Origin: Candidatus Aenigmatarchaeota archaeon
Lineage (GTDB): Archaea > Aenigmatarchaeota > Aenigmatarchaeia > QMZP01 > QMZT01
Length of the DNA stretch: 64,000 bases
Direction: 5' to 3'
Assembly: GCA_016932735.1 (NCBI GenBank)
Contig: JAFGCI010000001.1
Location: 35,772 to 99,771, forward strand
The position numbers were made by a program, and so were the translations under genes. Within the stretch, counting starts at the first letter, position 1, and each line of letters begins with the position of its first letter. Below are positions 19,890 to 30,085 of this stretch, piece after piece. The notes under the pieces were generated by a model. It made no database searches. It saw nothing but the letters and a program-made list of their open reading frames with translations, and was not told the DNA's origin.

Positions 19890-20018
19890 ATGCAGGGTGA
19901 ACCGGGGATATGGACCTGTGCTCGATGTGGTCACCTGAACACGGATATGCTGAACATAAAAAACGGATTTACATGCGAATGTTGCAGGTCGGTATTTGAT
20001 GAAATAGAAATGATATGA
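19890..20018 (+). CDS. 42-aa Zn-ribbon microprotein (not in ORF track)
   Basis: MQGEPGIWTCARCGHLN...FTCECCRSVFDEIEMI; TTTATAAA at 19861-19868. Confidence 0.6.
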   Translation: MQGEPGIWTCARCGHLNTDMLNIKNGFTCECCRSVFDEIEMI

Positions 20019-20060
20019 GCTGAAATCCGCTCATGATGAAAAGCTTTTTCAGACGAAGTT

Positions 20061-20579
20061 TTACTTTTCTCTTCTGCTCTTTTTGGCTGATGACGTGAGA
20101 CCCCTGTTTGCTCTGCCTTTATGTTTTCCGGAAGCTACCCATTTCCTCTCTTTATCCTTTTTAACGGCCGGATGGGATGTATCGGCAAGTATTATCTCAT
20201 ACCATTTGTGTCTTCCGTCTTCTGTGAGGTAGTATGAATTAAGGACTTCCATGTTAGGATATTTTCTTGAGGCCTTTTCTTCGGCCATCTGCTGTTTGGA
20301 TTTGTCAGGAGGAAAAAATCTACCAGCCGTTTTTGGTCTTCGTCCACCGGCAACTTTTGGCCTTTTTCTGGTCCCTTTAGGAACCTTTGCCCTTACGACG
20401 ACAAAACCCTGTTTCGCCTTGTAGCCAAGCCTTTTTGCCCTGTCGGGCCTTGTCGGCTTGTCAACCCTGACAACAGTTCCTTCAGTTCTCAGTTTGATTA
20501 ACCTGTTCTTCCAGACATCGCCAAGGTTTTCCTTAGGTTTTTTCCATATCTCTGTAAGATGTTTAAGCATATACATCAC
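20061..20579 (-). CDS. rpl15e: 50S ribosomal protein L15e
   Basis: PTRPDRAKRLGYKAKQGFVVVR, YPNMEVLNSY, RGLTS. Confidence 0.95.
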   Translation of the reverse strand: MMYMLKHLTEIWKKPKENLGDVWKNRLIKLRTEGTVVRVDKPTRPDRAKRLGYKAKQGFVVVRAKVPKGTRKRPKVAGGRRPKTAGRFFPPDKSKQQMAEEKASRKYPNMEVLNSYYLTEDGRHKWYEIILADTSHPAVKKDKERKWVASGKHKGRANRGLTSSAKKSRREK

Positions 20580-20690
20580 TCGAATGTTCTATATTAATCG
20601 AATATAACATTAATAAAGTTAATGTATATATAGATTCCCGCCCGATTCTTATATTCGTGCCCCTCAATATGTAAATATGAGCGTGATTCC

Positions 20691-21362
20691 ATGAAACCAG
20701 TTATTCTTATCAATTTCAAGACATATGAGAGCGGAGCAGGCCACAGAGCGCTTGAGATAGCGAAGATTGCCGATAGAGTTGCAAAAGAGAAAGGAGTCAA
20801 TATAATTCTAGCTGTCCAGGCAGCCGACATCAGGATGATATCAGATGCCGTTTCTATACCTGTATATGCCCAGCATATAGACCCCATCGAGCCGGGAAGC
20901 CATACAGGATGGACACTTGCTGAAGATGTGAAGGAGGCAGGAGTGGAAGGAACCCTGATTAACCATTCCGAACACAGGATGGAGATAGACCAGATAGAAA
21001 AGGCTATAGATATTGCCAAGGAGGAGGGCATGAAAACGGTTGCATGTGCTCCGGACGCTGAGGTCGCTGAAGCCATAAGCGTTTTCGAGCCTGATTTCAT
21101 CGCTGTCGAGCCTCCGGAACTGATAGCAGGCAATATATCCGTTTCGGAAGCAAGGCCGCAGCTTATAACAAAGACCATTGAAATGGTAAGGAAGATGAAT
21201 AGCAATATACCGGTCCTTGTCGGTGCCGGCGTAAAGAAAAGCGCAGACGTTTCAAAAGCGCTTGAGCTGGGTGCTTCAGGAGTCTTACTCTCTTCGGGGG
21301 TCATGAAGTCAAAGGATCCCGAAAAGGAGATGCTGGAGCTTATTGAGGGATTGAAGAGGTAA
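20691..21362 (+). CDS. tpiA: Archaeal triosephosphate isomerase
   Basis: INFKTY, NHSE, AVEPPELI, VGAGV. Confidence 0.95.
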   Translation: MKPVILINFKTYESGAGHRALEIAKIADRVAKEKGVNIILAVQAADIRMISDAVSIPVYAQHIDPIEPGSHTGWTLAEDVKEAGVEGTLINHSEHRMEIDQIEKAIDIAKEEGMKTVACAPDAEVAEAISVFEPDFIAVEPPELIAGNISVSEARPQLITKTIEMVRKMNSNIPVLVGAGVKKSADVSKALELGASGVLLSSGVMKSKDPEKEMLELIEGLKR

Positions 21363-21366
21363 CTGC

Positions 21367-21879
21367 ATGTTTAAGAATTTTTTGTTTCCCAATTCGAGGA
21401 TGAAATATGTGAAAAAGAACCACGAAAATGAATGCAAAGATTGCGGTTGCATATTTTGCAATATAGCTAAAGACGACCCCAAAACACCGACAAAAAAACT
21501 TTATCAGGACGATACTTTGATGGTTGTTATGAACATATACCCTTACAACGTCGGCCATCTTCAGATTGTTCCGGTAAGGCATGTTGTGTGGTTTGATGAA
21601 CTTACAAAGAAGGAGAGAGTTGCGATTGTTGAGATGATAAACAAAACGGTGAAGCTCATCAGGAAAGTGGAAACCCCTGTTGCGATGAACATAGGACTCA
21701 ATATGGCAGGGGATTGCGCCGGAGGATCTATAACGCATCTTCATGTCCATGTTGTCCCAAGATACAAAAGGGATTTCGGCTTCATGGAAGTCACGAACAG
21801 CACGAGGGTTATCGTAGAACCTATCGAAGAAACGTATAAGAAATTAATGAAAAATGCAAAAATCCTGGGAGGGAAATAA
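21367..21879 (+). CDS. HIT-family hydrolase
   Basis: CIFC, NIYPYNVGH, HLHVH triad. Confidence 0.88.
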   Translation: MFKNFLFPNSRMKYVKKNHENECKDCGCIFCNIAKDDPKTPTKKLYQDDTLMVVMNIYPYNVGHLQIVPVRHVVWFDELTKKERVAIVEMINKTVKLIRKVETPVAMNIGLNMAGDCAGGSITHLHVHVVPRYKRDFGFMEVTNSTRVIVEPIEETYKKLMKNAKILGGK

Positions 21880-21881
21880 TA

Positions 21882-23144
21882 TTATTTCTTTATCTTCACG
21901 AAACTGACTACTTCCCCCTCTTCTTTGTTTTTTCCTGAAGACTGCTTGACTCCCGGCCTCTTTGACTCCATTATTGAAACCACTTTTACAGCGACAGTTG
22001 AATAGACGACAGTCGCTAGGATGACGACAAAAACTATGCTCGATATCATCTCAGCTCCCGGAATTCCGTATGTCATCGGATATTGTGCGAGGACGGCCGC
22101 AGCAAGGCCTCTCGGAACGGTTATCCTCATTATATTCCTGTCAAGACGTTCAAGCTTCATGTTCCTTGTTCCAATATAAACCACTGCAAATCTCAGAAGT
22201 ATAAGGATAGCAGCGGTCACGAGACCATAGACTATATATTGTACATTTATCACTGATATGAGTCCCAGAAGCACGAAGAAGAAAGCTTTCATAAAGAACG
22301 TTATTTCAGACTGGAACCCCCTCATTTTTTCATCCAGTTCAAGCTTCTTCCTTATTTTGAAAATACTCGTGAACGTCTCTGCATTTCCGAGAACGAGGCC
22401 GAAGACAAGAGATGCAATCGCACCGCTGCCTCCGTTAGCCTCGACAAAAACATAGATAATCAACAAGACACCGAGTGTCAGCATGTAATCGAAAGGCTTT
22501 CCTCTGAGAATTCTAAGCATGTAGAGCCATACTATTCCTACAGAAAGGCCGACGACAGCACCTATTGAAAACGCGCCGAGTATGCTCTGTATGGCTGAAA
22601 TCTGGTTGCCGGCTGTCGGTATTATTAATCCCAGAAGGGCTATTGCAATGACAATTACCATGGGATCTGTTATGATGGACTCAATGTCAAGAAGCGACCT
22701 TACCGATTCCTTAACTTTGACTGATTTGACAATCGCATCTACTATAGGCAGGCTCGTTCCGCCTAGAACAGCGCCGATAAACAACCCCGTAAGGATATCA
22801 AGACCAAAGAAAGCCCATGAGAATATTCCTATGGAAATCATAGAGAATGCAAGCCCCAATACGGAGAACAGCATGGACCTTGAGAAATTCTTGACGGTCT
22901 GGTAAAAGTCCATGTTAAGGCCCGCATCAAAAAGTATGAGAAGTATAGCAGCCGCTGCAAGGAAGGATGATATTGTGACATACATAGATGTTTCAACAAG
23001 ACCAAAAAGAGGGCCGACAATCAGGCCGAAAAGCAAAAGCCATATAACATCAGGAATTTTTGTCTTGTAGAAAATAAGCGAGCCTATATACCCGACTACA
23101 ATAGTGACTCCAAGTAAAGTAAGAATGCTGAAAGTGTCAATCAT
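21882..23144 (-). CDS. Cation:proton antiporter (NhaP/CPA1-like)
   Basis: ILFDAGL, ESIITD, PRGLAAAVLA; ~13 TM. Confidence 0.88.
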   Translation of the reverse strand: MIDTFSILTLLGVTIVVGYIGSLIFYKTKIPDVIWLLLFGLIVGPLFGLVETSMYVTISSFLAAAAILLILFDAGLNMDFYQTVKNFSRSMLFSVLGLAFSMISIGIFSWAFFGLDILTGLFIGAVLGGTSLPIVDAIVKSVKVKESVRSLLDIESIITDPMVIVIAIALLGLIIPTAGNQISAIQSILGAFSIGAVVGLSVGIVWLYMLRILRGKPFDYMLTLGVLLIIYVFVEANGGSGAIASLVFGLVLGNAETFTSIFKIRKKLELDEKMRGFQSEITFFMKAFFFVLLGLISVINVQYIVYGLVTAAILILLRFAVVYIGTRNMKLERLDRNIMRITVPRGLAAAVLAQYPMTYGIPGAEMISSIVFVVILATVVYSTVAVKVVSIMESKRPGVKQSSGKNKEEGEVVSFVKIKK

Positions 23145-23190
23145 AATAGTAATATGGAATTCGTATATTTAATGTTTGAAAAAAGAAAGA

Positions 23191-24675
23191 TTATTTTAGC
23201 TTCAGTATCACGACATGGCTTTTTGTCATATCCTTGATGCTTTCTCTTATTCCTTCTCTCCCGACTCCGGAATCCTTGTCCCCGCCGAACGGGAAGAATC
23301 CAAGCCCATGCGATGGCGACGTGTTTATGCTGACAGTTCCGGATTCCATTTTCAGCCCGGCATCAAGTGCCTTGTCAATGTTCTGGGTGAATATGCAGTT
23401 ATCAAGTCCGAACTCGCTCCTGTTGGCAATTTCCAGAGCTTCATTATAATTCTTGACCCGATAGAAAGGGACAGCAGGTCCGAATGTTTCTTCCCACATT
23501 ATCCTCATATCAAGGTTCATGTTGTCGAGTATGACAGGCTCTATGAAAAGCCCTTCCCTCTTTCCGCCGCGAACCATCTTTGCTCCTTTCTTTAGGGAGT
23601 CGTCAATTAGGTCTGTGATTGTTTCAAATGCCCATTTGTTTATGACGGGTCCGATTTTTACATTGGGATCTTTCGGGTTTCCCATCTTCCATGTGTCGAG
23701 CTCTTTTGCCGCAAGTTCTATTAGTTTGTCCGCGACACTTTCCTCTACAAGAACCCTTGAAATGGCGTCGCATCTTTGCCCTGCATAAGTGAAGCTTCCC
23801 TTGACGATTTCCTTTGCGGCAAGCTCAAGGTCTGCATCAGCAAGGACTATGCATGCGGCCTTCCCGCCAAGCTCCATGTGAAGCTTTTTCATTCCGGATA
23901 TTTTTGCGACATGCTTTCCTGTGTCGGTGCTTCCTGTGAATGAAATCATGTCAATCTTCTCGCTTTCCGCAAGATGGTCCCCGATGTCCTTCCCTCCGCC
24001 GGTTATCACATTGAATGCGCCTTTCGGAAGGCCGGCCGCCTCAAATATCCTTGCAAGAAGCACCAGTGATATGGGATCGTCTGATGCCGGCTTGCAAATA
24101 ACGGTGTTACCCGCAGCAAGCGCCGGTGCGATTTTACATGTTCCTATGTGAAGAGGGTAATTGAACGATGAAACAGCAAGAACGACGCCTAAAGGCCTTT
24201 TGAAAAGCAATCCAATCTTCCCGATTTTATGCGGAGACATGTGGCCGTCCATCTCATCGCCGAAGATGTACTTGCATTCTTCCGATGCATATTCAATCCT
24301 TTCAGCCGCCGCCAGGACTTCATCAGTTGCGGTGAGAAGAGGCTTTCCGGATTCTTCAACAAGCATTTCTATGATGTGATCTTTATGATCCCTGATTAAG
24401 TCGGAAGCCTTACTGAGAATTTTTGACCGCTCGACTGCAGGCGTGTTTGCCCAGACTTTTTTCGTGTTGAATGCTGCATCAATTGCGGAATCCGCATCTT
24501 CTCGTGTCGACTTCTGAACCCTTCCAACGATGGTTCCGTCGGCAGGATTGAGAACATCAAACGTCTTCTTTGCTGAAGATTCAACCCACTCACCGTTGAT
24601 GTAATTCTTGTAAATCATCCTCCCGTCAGCCGACGAAGGAAACTTAATAATATCCCAGAAATTTTCCACAGCCAT
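23191..24675 (-). CDS. Aldehyde dehydrogenase, probably non-phosphorylating GAPDH (GAPN)
   Basis: SFNYP, FTGS, ELGGK, GQRC, EETFGP; operon with aldolase and PfkB; GGTGA SD before ATG 24675. Confidence 0.8.
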   Translation of the reverse strand: MAVENFWDIIKFPSSADGRMIYKNYINGEWVESSAKKTFDVLNPADGTIVGRVQKSTREDADSAIDAAFNTKKVWANTPAVERSKILSKASDLIRDHKDHIIEMLVEESGKPLLTATDEVLAAAERIEYASEECKYIFGDEMDGHMSPHKIGKIGLLFKRPLGVVLAVSSFNYPLHIGTCKIAPALAAGNTVICKPASDDPISLVLLARIFEAAGLPKGAFNVITGGGKDIGDHLAESEKIDMISFTGSTDTGKHVAKISGMKKLHMELGGKAACIVLADADLELAAKEIVKGSFTYAGQRCDAISRVLVEESVADKLIELAAKELDTWKMGNPKDPNVKIGPVINKWAFETITDLIDDSLKKGAKMVRGGKREGLFIEPVILDNMNLDMRIMWEETFGPAVPFYRVKNYNEALEIANRSEFGLDNCIFTQNIDKALDAGLKMESGTVSINTSPSHGLGFFPFGGDKDSGVGREGIRESIKDMTKSHVVILKLK

Positions 24676-24679
24676 CAAA

Positions 24680-25459
24680 TCACCTTTCTTTATCAAAAAT
24701 TATCGATGCAAGTTTTTTTGCAACATAAACAGGACTTTTATTCTGCCAGATATTCCTTCCGACAGCCATTCCGGCCGCTCCCGAATCCATTATGTCGGCG
24801 GAATCCTTGTAGAATTTATCCAACGGTTCAAGCGGTCCTCCGGCAGAAACAACTTTGCATTTTCCGGCAGCCCTGACGACTTCGGTGAAACTTTTTTTGC
24901 TGCCCGTGTAATGAATCTTCACTATATCAGCGCCAAGCTCAAGTGCAACCCTTGCCGCGTATTCAATGGATTCAAAACTGTCCGGCTTCAGAACAGATTT
25001 TCCCCTCGGATAAGACCAGATAATAAAAGGCAGTCCATAATCTCTCGCCTCTTCTTCAATCTCTCCTGCTATCTTAAACATTTCATTTTCTCTTTCGGAA
25101 CCAACATAAATAGTATATCCGACCGCATCTGCCCTCATATCGACTGCATCCTTTACAGAAGTTATTTGTGGAGCGAACGGCTCTGTTTTCGCAAGGGAAG
25201 TCTTGCCGTTAAGCTTCAGTATGAGCGGAACCCTTTTCATATAATTCTCGGAATATTTTATCGCGAGGCCTTTCTGGAGAATCAGCCCTGTTATATCCAT
25301 CTTAGTCGAGAGGTCAATAATGTATTCCGGATCAATTGTCTTTTCATCAAAATCATCGGGCCCGTGTTCAAGGCCCTGATCAAGAGCCAGAAAAAAAAAT
25401 TTTCCGTTCCTGCTTATCTTTTTCATCTTAAGGCTTTTATCATGCTTCTTGCCAGACAT
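24680..25459 (-). CDS. Class I (DhnA-type) fructose-bisphosphate aldolase
   Basis: ALDQGLEHGP, LKLNGKT, WSYPRG, GADIVK, AVGRNIWQ. Confidence 0.88.
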   Translation of the reverse strand: MSGKKHDKSLKMKKISRNGKFFFLALDQGLEHGPDDFDEKTIDPEYIIDLSTKMDITGLILQKGLAIKYSENYMKRVPLILKLNGKTSLAKTEPFAPQITSVKDAVDMRADAVGYTIYVGSERENEMFKIAGEIEEEARDYGLPFIIWSYPRGKSVLKPDSFESIEYAARVALELGADIVKIHYTGSKKSFTEVVRAAGKCKVVSAGGPLEPLDKFYKDSADIMDSGAAGMAVGRNIWQNKSPVYVAKKLASIIFDKER

Positions 25460-25473
25460 GGTTAATTATTGAT

Positions 25474-26430
25474 TTACTTCCCTATTAATTTGTTCAGCTC
25501 GTGCCATCCGAGAAGCCTGTTCTTTGAGCCATAATGGGTAATTACGCTTTCCGCCTGCGCACGTCCTATTTTCAATGCAAAATCAATATCATTGCTTCTT
25601 ATATAGCCGGCAACAAAACCCGATGCAAACGCATCGCCGGCTCCTGTCGTTTCCAAAACTTTGATCTTTCTGGAGAGTATTGTGTACATCTTTTTCCCAT
25701 CGAAAGCCATAGCTCCCTTATGCCCGAGCGTTATGACAACTATGCCTCTGCAGGACTTCTGAAGAACGTCGGCCATCACCTGGAGGCCGTTCTTCTTTGA
25801 CAGAATTCTTGCTTCCTTGTCATTCAGAACAAGTATGTCAGTGGCATCAAGTATTGCCTTTAATCCCCGAAGACCTTTTTCAGCAAGATGCGGGCTCGGG
25901 TTGAACGCCACCTTTATCTTTTTTCTTTTCGCGTAGCCGGCTAATTTTTTCATAGTCTCAAACGACTCATCAATCATTGTTGCGAAGTAGAGCCAGTCTG
26001 TTTTAATTTTGCTTACTTTGACCTCGTCGGGTTTAAGACGGTTGTTTGCGCCCCGGTGGACGATTATTGTCCTATCACGGCCTTCTGCGTCAAGTATGAC
26101 ACTGAATCCGGTAGGCTCCTTTGTCTTGGCCACAAAAAATGTATCCACTTTATCCTTTCTGAGGTTTGACAATATCATGTTTCCGTTTTCATCGTCTCCT
26201 ATTTTTCCTATGAAAGCAGTCTTAAAACCCATTCTTGAAAATGATACGGCGGTATTAGTTCCTCCGCCCCCCACATCAAAATGCACGGCCTTTGCCTCTA
26301 TCTTAGAGCCGAATGGAACTTCAACTATGCCCTTCTGCTTTCCCTTTCTGAAAAGGTCGGAACCTGTATCCACGAAAATATCGATGGTTGCAGAGCCCAT
26401 TGTGACAATATCATATTTCTTCATTGCCAT
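25474..26430 (-). CDS. PfkB-family carbohydrate kinase
   Basis: GGGGTNTA, ETTGAGDAFASG. Confidence 0.9.
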   Translation of the reverse strand: MAMKKYDIVTMGSATIDIFVDTGSDLFRKGKQKGIVEVPFGSKIEAKAVHFDVGGGGTNTAVSFSRMGFKTAFIGKIGDDENGNMILSNLRKDKVDTFFVAKTKEPTGFSVILDAEGRDRTIIVHRGANNRLKPDEVKVSKIKTDWLYFATMIDESFETMKKLAGYAKRKKIKVAFNPSPHLAEKGLRGLKAILDATDILVLNDKEARILSKKNGLQVMADVLQKSCRGIVVITLGHKGAMAFDGKKMYTILSRKIKVLETTGAGDAFASGFVAGYIRSNDIDFALKIGRAQAESVITHYGSKNRLLGWHELNKLIGK

Positions 26431-26580
26431 TGCCTCATCCTGTTATCATATTTGTAGGCTCTGGATAATAAATCAAACCAGAAAACTTTCAAAATTATTG
26501 CGTACAAATAAGAAGTAAAATATAAAAGCTTTATATGGAACCCCGATAAAAATTATCTAAAATAATGGTTAGGTGTTGAG

Positions 26581-26790
26581 ATGGCAGATGTATTGGAAAT
26601 GTTCGGCGGCAAAGCCGGTCTCGTATGGCAGGAACTTAAAAGGAGAAGCCCTCAGACAGTCAACCAGCTTACTTCAAAGACTAATCTTAGCAAAGACGAT
26701 GTTTTTGTCGCTCTCGGCTGGCTTGCGAGGGAAGGGAAAATAAATCTTGACGACAGCAACAAAAGCCCGAGATTCGGCCTTATTGAATAA
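26581..26790 (+). CDS. Small winged-helix protein (DUF2582-like)
   Basis: G-x-x-AG-x-VW...ALGWLAREGKI; AGGTG SD. Confidence 0.8.
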   Translation: MADVLEMFGGKAGLVWQELKRRSPQTVNQLTSKTNLSKDDVFVALGWLAREGKINLDDSNKSPRFGLIE

Positions 26791-26812
26791 AATAATCATT
26801 CAGCGTTTTTGC

Positions 26813-28897
26813 TTATTTTATCATAGTGCAGACAATAATATTTTTCCTTTCTAAAGGGAAAGTCATAATATTTTTTCGAATCTCACTGTCGTTTGCACTG
26901 ATTATCTTTACATTGCCGGGCATCTCCAGCCTGCACATTATCTTTTTTCTGTAATCACTCTTCGCATCAATCTTTATCCTGATTTTATCATTCTCAGAAG
27001 TTATGATGAAATCAGTCGGGACGTTATCTATCTTCTTTCCGATGATTTTCATCTTGTCCCACCCTTCAGGAATGGAAGGCTTCAGATTAATTGTCAGATT
27101 TTTTGAGTCGTACTTTATGCCGAAAAGGTATTCTGTAACGGCTAGAAGATACATCGACATAGACCATGCCTGCATTCCGCATCCGAGAAGATGGCCGCTA
27201 TCAGAACTCATAGTTTCAAACATCCCGCCGAGAGTGTTTCTCCTGACGTCAAGAGCGAGATTCTTCAGGTAATCCAGTCCTTTCCTCTGGTCGCCATACT
27301 TGAAAGATGCGCATGATGCGATTCCCGTCGTCATGCCCCATACAGAGCCGTTATGATAGCCATCAGGGGAATAGTTTGGAGCTGTTCTTGACCACGTTGA
27401 AACACCCCAACTACTCTCGAAATGTGTCCTTATCTTTTCAAGAACAGCAATGGAGCGGATTTCATCCGTTTCATTGAATAATATATGAAAGAGGGGATTT
27501 GACGTGTCCAGATTTGATATTGAAGGATGGCTGTTAATTTTAAGGGAGTCCGCATAGTATGTTTCCTCTTCATCCCAGTAAAGGCCATTTAACTTGCTTT
27601 CAATCTTCTGATGGTATGGCTTCTTATAATCACGGAAAATCCTGGACCACAAAGCCTGCACTTCTATAGCAAAATTCCTTTCAAGGGTGTCCATCCATGT
27701 CATTTTTGGGTCGTGGCTGACAAGATCATTTTCGAGTTTCACATCATTTACAATGTTTTTTAAAGCGAAGTCAAAACTCCTTTTGAAAATCTCGTCTCCT
27801 GTCCTTTCATAATAATGAAGCGATGCAAGTATGAAGAGGGGATTTGTGTCGGCAAAACCAAATTCCATCTTCCCTGAAGTCTCAATCTTTGAAGGAAGTC
27901 CCTTCCTCCTGAATATATTGAGAATGGTTTTTGTCTTTTCAAGCTCGTCAATGCTTGTCAGGCCGAAAGAAGCCAGAAAAGAGTCACGTGCCCAGTATTC
28001 CAGAAACCATGGATATCCTGCAAAAATCCCCGAAACGGTATCTGACTGATGAAACAATGAATTGAGCGACCATCTCGCCCATGAGAAGCCTTCATTTATC
28101 GTCTCGTCAGGAGTCTCGATGTAAAGCTCTGTTTCCTTGTTTTCAGCTTCTTTTATTCTCTCTTTCAAAAGGTCCTGCCACCCGTTGTAAGCCTTGTCAA
28201 AATGCTTCGTAAGGTTCGTGTTGGATTTGAAACTTCCGGAGAAAACGAAAGGAACATCAATGGACTCTTTCGGTTTCAGCTGGAAGCTTACTTTGTATTC
28301 ACCCGGTATGTAGCACCTGAGTCTTTCTCCGGGAGAGTGTTCTCTGTAATAAGGATTTTCAGTAAACTTCACATCCTTTCTGAATCCGGTCTTTCCTACA
28401 CCAAACATGAGATACCATGGTCCTGTCAAGGCCTTTACGATAACAGAATCCCTTACATGGTTGAAATGTGTTTTGTACACCCTTTCGTGGAAATTCTCGA
28501 ATTTATTTCTCATATCAACAGCCACTTCGGGCATTATAGACAAATCTATTTTTTTGTCCGACTTGTTCTCAAAACGAATTACAGAGACCATAGTTCTTGA
28601 GGCGATTGGAATGAAGACGGACTCTTCAATGGAAAGCTCGCTGTCGGCAAAATAATGAGTTGCACCCCATTTGCTCAGCCTGAAGCTTTCACAGTTATCC
28701 CACCCGAGCCAGAATTCGCGCCCGTCGGAGGATATTTTGTAAGAATAATAATCAATGAATTTCAGCGGGGGGCTCCAGAAGCCGCACCATTTCGTCTTAT
28801 GGCCGGTGTCTGCATACCTTTGCATGAAGGCCTTTGTGCTTGAGAGTATGTAGTTTCTGTCTTCAAATTCCTTCCTATCAAGAGTAATTCCCCCCAT
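26813..28897 (-). CDS. Glycogen debranching enzyme / amylo-alpha-1,6-glucosidase
   Basis: AGYPWF...WARD, TWMD, YHNGSVW, QAWS. Confidence 0.85.
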   Translation of the reverse strand: MGGITLDRKEFEDRNYILSSTKAFMQRYADTGHKTKWCGFWSPPLKFIDYYSYKISSDGREFWLGWDNCESFRLSKWGATHYFADSELSIEESVFIPIASRTMVSVIRFENKSDKKIDLSIMPEVAVDMRNKFENFHERVYKTHFNHVRDSVIVKALTGPWYLMFGVGKTGFRKDVKFTENPYYREHSPGERLRCYIPGEYKVSFQLKPKESIDVPFVFSGSFKSNTNLTKHFDKAYNGWQDLLKERIKEAENKETELYIETPDETINEGFSWARWSLNSLFHQSDTVSGIFAGYPWFLEYWARDSFLASFGLTSIDELEKTKTILNIFRRKGLPSKIETSGKMEFGFADTNPLFILASLHYYERTGDEIFKRSFDFALKNIVNDVKLENDLVSHDPKMTWMDTLERNFAIEVQALWSRIFRDYKKPYHQKIESKLNGLYWDEEETYYADSLKINSHPSISNLDTSNPLFHILFNETDEIRSIAVLEKIRTHFESSWGVSTWSRTAPNYSPDGYHNGSVWGMTTGIASCASFKYGDQRKGLDYLKNLALDVRRNTLGGMFETMSSDSGHLLGCGMQAWSMSMYLLAVTEYLFGIKYDSKNLTINLKPSIPEGWDKMKIIGKKIDNVPTDFIITSENDKIRIKIDAKSDYRKKIMCRLEMPGNVKIISANDSEIRKNIMTFPLERKNIIVCTMIK

Positions 28898-28939
28898 GCC
28901 TAAATGTTTCTTAATCCTGATATAAAAGCATTTTGAAAT

Positions 28940-29311
28940 TCACTTGTCTTTCGACTTGAAAAACAGCCAGTTCTTGTCCTTGAAACGGAGTATAGTGAAT
29001 CTTCCCTTCAGTTTTTCTCCATGTATTATTGCAACTATTTTATCAGCCTTGACGTTTTCCTGTTCCCAATATCCTCTGTCCCATAACTCGACCTTTCCGG
29101 CTCCGTAAGAGCCTTCCTCTATCTCGCCCTCAAAATCCATATATTCTATGGAATGGTCTTCGACTTGAACAGCCAGCCTCTTAACGCCTTCTTCAGTCGA
29201 GGGGCCTTTCGGGATAGCCCACGACTTCGCGACGCCGTCCAGTTCCAGACGTAAGTCGTAATGAAGATGGGTTGCGAAATGCTTTTGAATACAGTATCTG
29301 AGTTTTTTCAT
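28940..29311 (-). CDS. Stand-alone LigD-type 3'-phosphoesterase
   Basis: [36 protein letters not shown]-x-V-x-x-WD. Confidence 0.9.
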   Translation of the reverse strand: MKKLRYCIQKHFATHLHYDLRLELDGVAKSWAIPKGPSTEEGVKRLAVQVEDHSIEYMDFEGEIEEGSYGAGKVELWDRGYWEQENVKADKIVAIIHGEKLKGRFTILRFKDKNWLFFKSKDK

Positions 29312-29335
29312 AAAGAATAATTATTTCGGATATTA

Positions 29336-30025
29336 TTACATATTTGGATAAAGGTAATTGTTTGTTAGTTCTTTATGAGTTTGTTCTATATAATCTTCTA
29401 ATAACCCATTTTCTTTTGCTTTTCTTGCATATTCATCTAAGTAGAGGTTATTCTCCTTATCCAATAGATATGTACAATTCAATACCGTGAAGAAATCTAT
29501 TTGATTTCCCATTCTATCAAATTCAGACAGTTTGATAAGGAAAGAACCATTCTCCGGTTTATTTAACTTAAAATAAAAATTCAATTTATAATTACTATTA
29601 CTTGGGAGGATGGGACTGAACTCGTCAAAAGATAGAAAACAATTATCATTGAAGAACCAACATTCATGATGGTTATCCATCCTAATTAGCATATTTTCTG
29701 AATACATATCAATCGTATAATAAGTTGGAGAGTTTCCGAAATTATGAAGCATCATAGAATAATTTGAAACTTTATCTGGAGTTAGTATTGGACACATTGC
29801 CGTAAAGGAAAGATGGGGTTTATTTTGTTCAACCTGCAGTCTAATATTTGCTGTTTGTAAATTTAATTCATAGGCAGAGTAATAGAGTTGTGAGCCAGAA
29901 TAACTCAAACCAATAACTATGATAAATATTTCAATAATTTTCAAGAAACCTGAGTTATTATCTGCCCAGTCAGATATTGTTTTAATTAATGTATTGCCTT
30001 TCTCATTATCTTTATTCCTGACCAT
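29336..30025 (-). CDS. AT-rich hypothetical membrane-anchored protein
   Basis: Single TM near N-terminus; visibly lower GC than neighbours. Confidence 0.55.
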   Translation of the reverse strand: MVRNKDNEKGNTLIKTISDWADNNSGFLKIIEIFIIVIGLSYSGSQLYYSAYELNLQTANIRLQVEQNKPHLSFTAMCPILTPDKVSNYSMMLHNFGNSPTYYTIDMYSENMLIRMDNHHECWFFNDNCFLSFDEFSPILPSNSNYKLNFYFKLNKPENGSFLIKLSEFDRMGNQIDFFTVLNCTYLLDKENNLYLDEYARKAKENGLLEDYIEQTHKELTNNYLYPNM

Positions 30026-30085
30026 TACTAAAAATTAAATTGATGCTATTAAAATCCATTTAAACCCCCCTCACAAATATCAATC

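Noticed and set aside
19996..20054. Possible box C/D sRNA (TGATGA...CTGA...ATGATGA...CAGA)
   Set aside because: Overlaps the Zn-ribbon ORF end, D box is imperfect, and guides are AT-rich with no target I could identify
20594..21304. Long antisense ORFs (e.g. 236 aa opposite tpiA, 213 aa opposite eif6, 199 aa opposite the DpnI-like gene)
   Set aside because: Shadow frames of well-supported genes with Ser/Phe/Ile-rich non-protein-like composition
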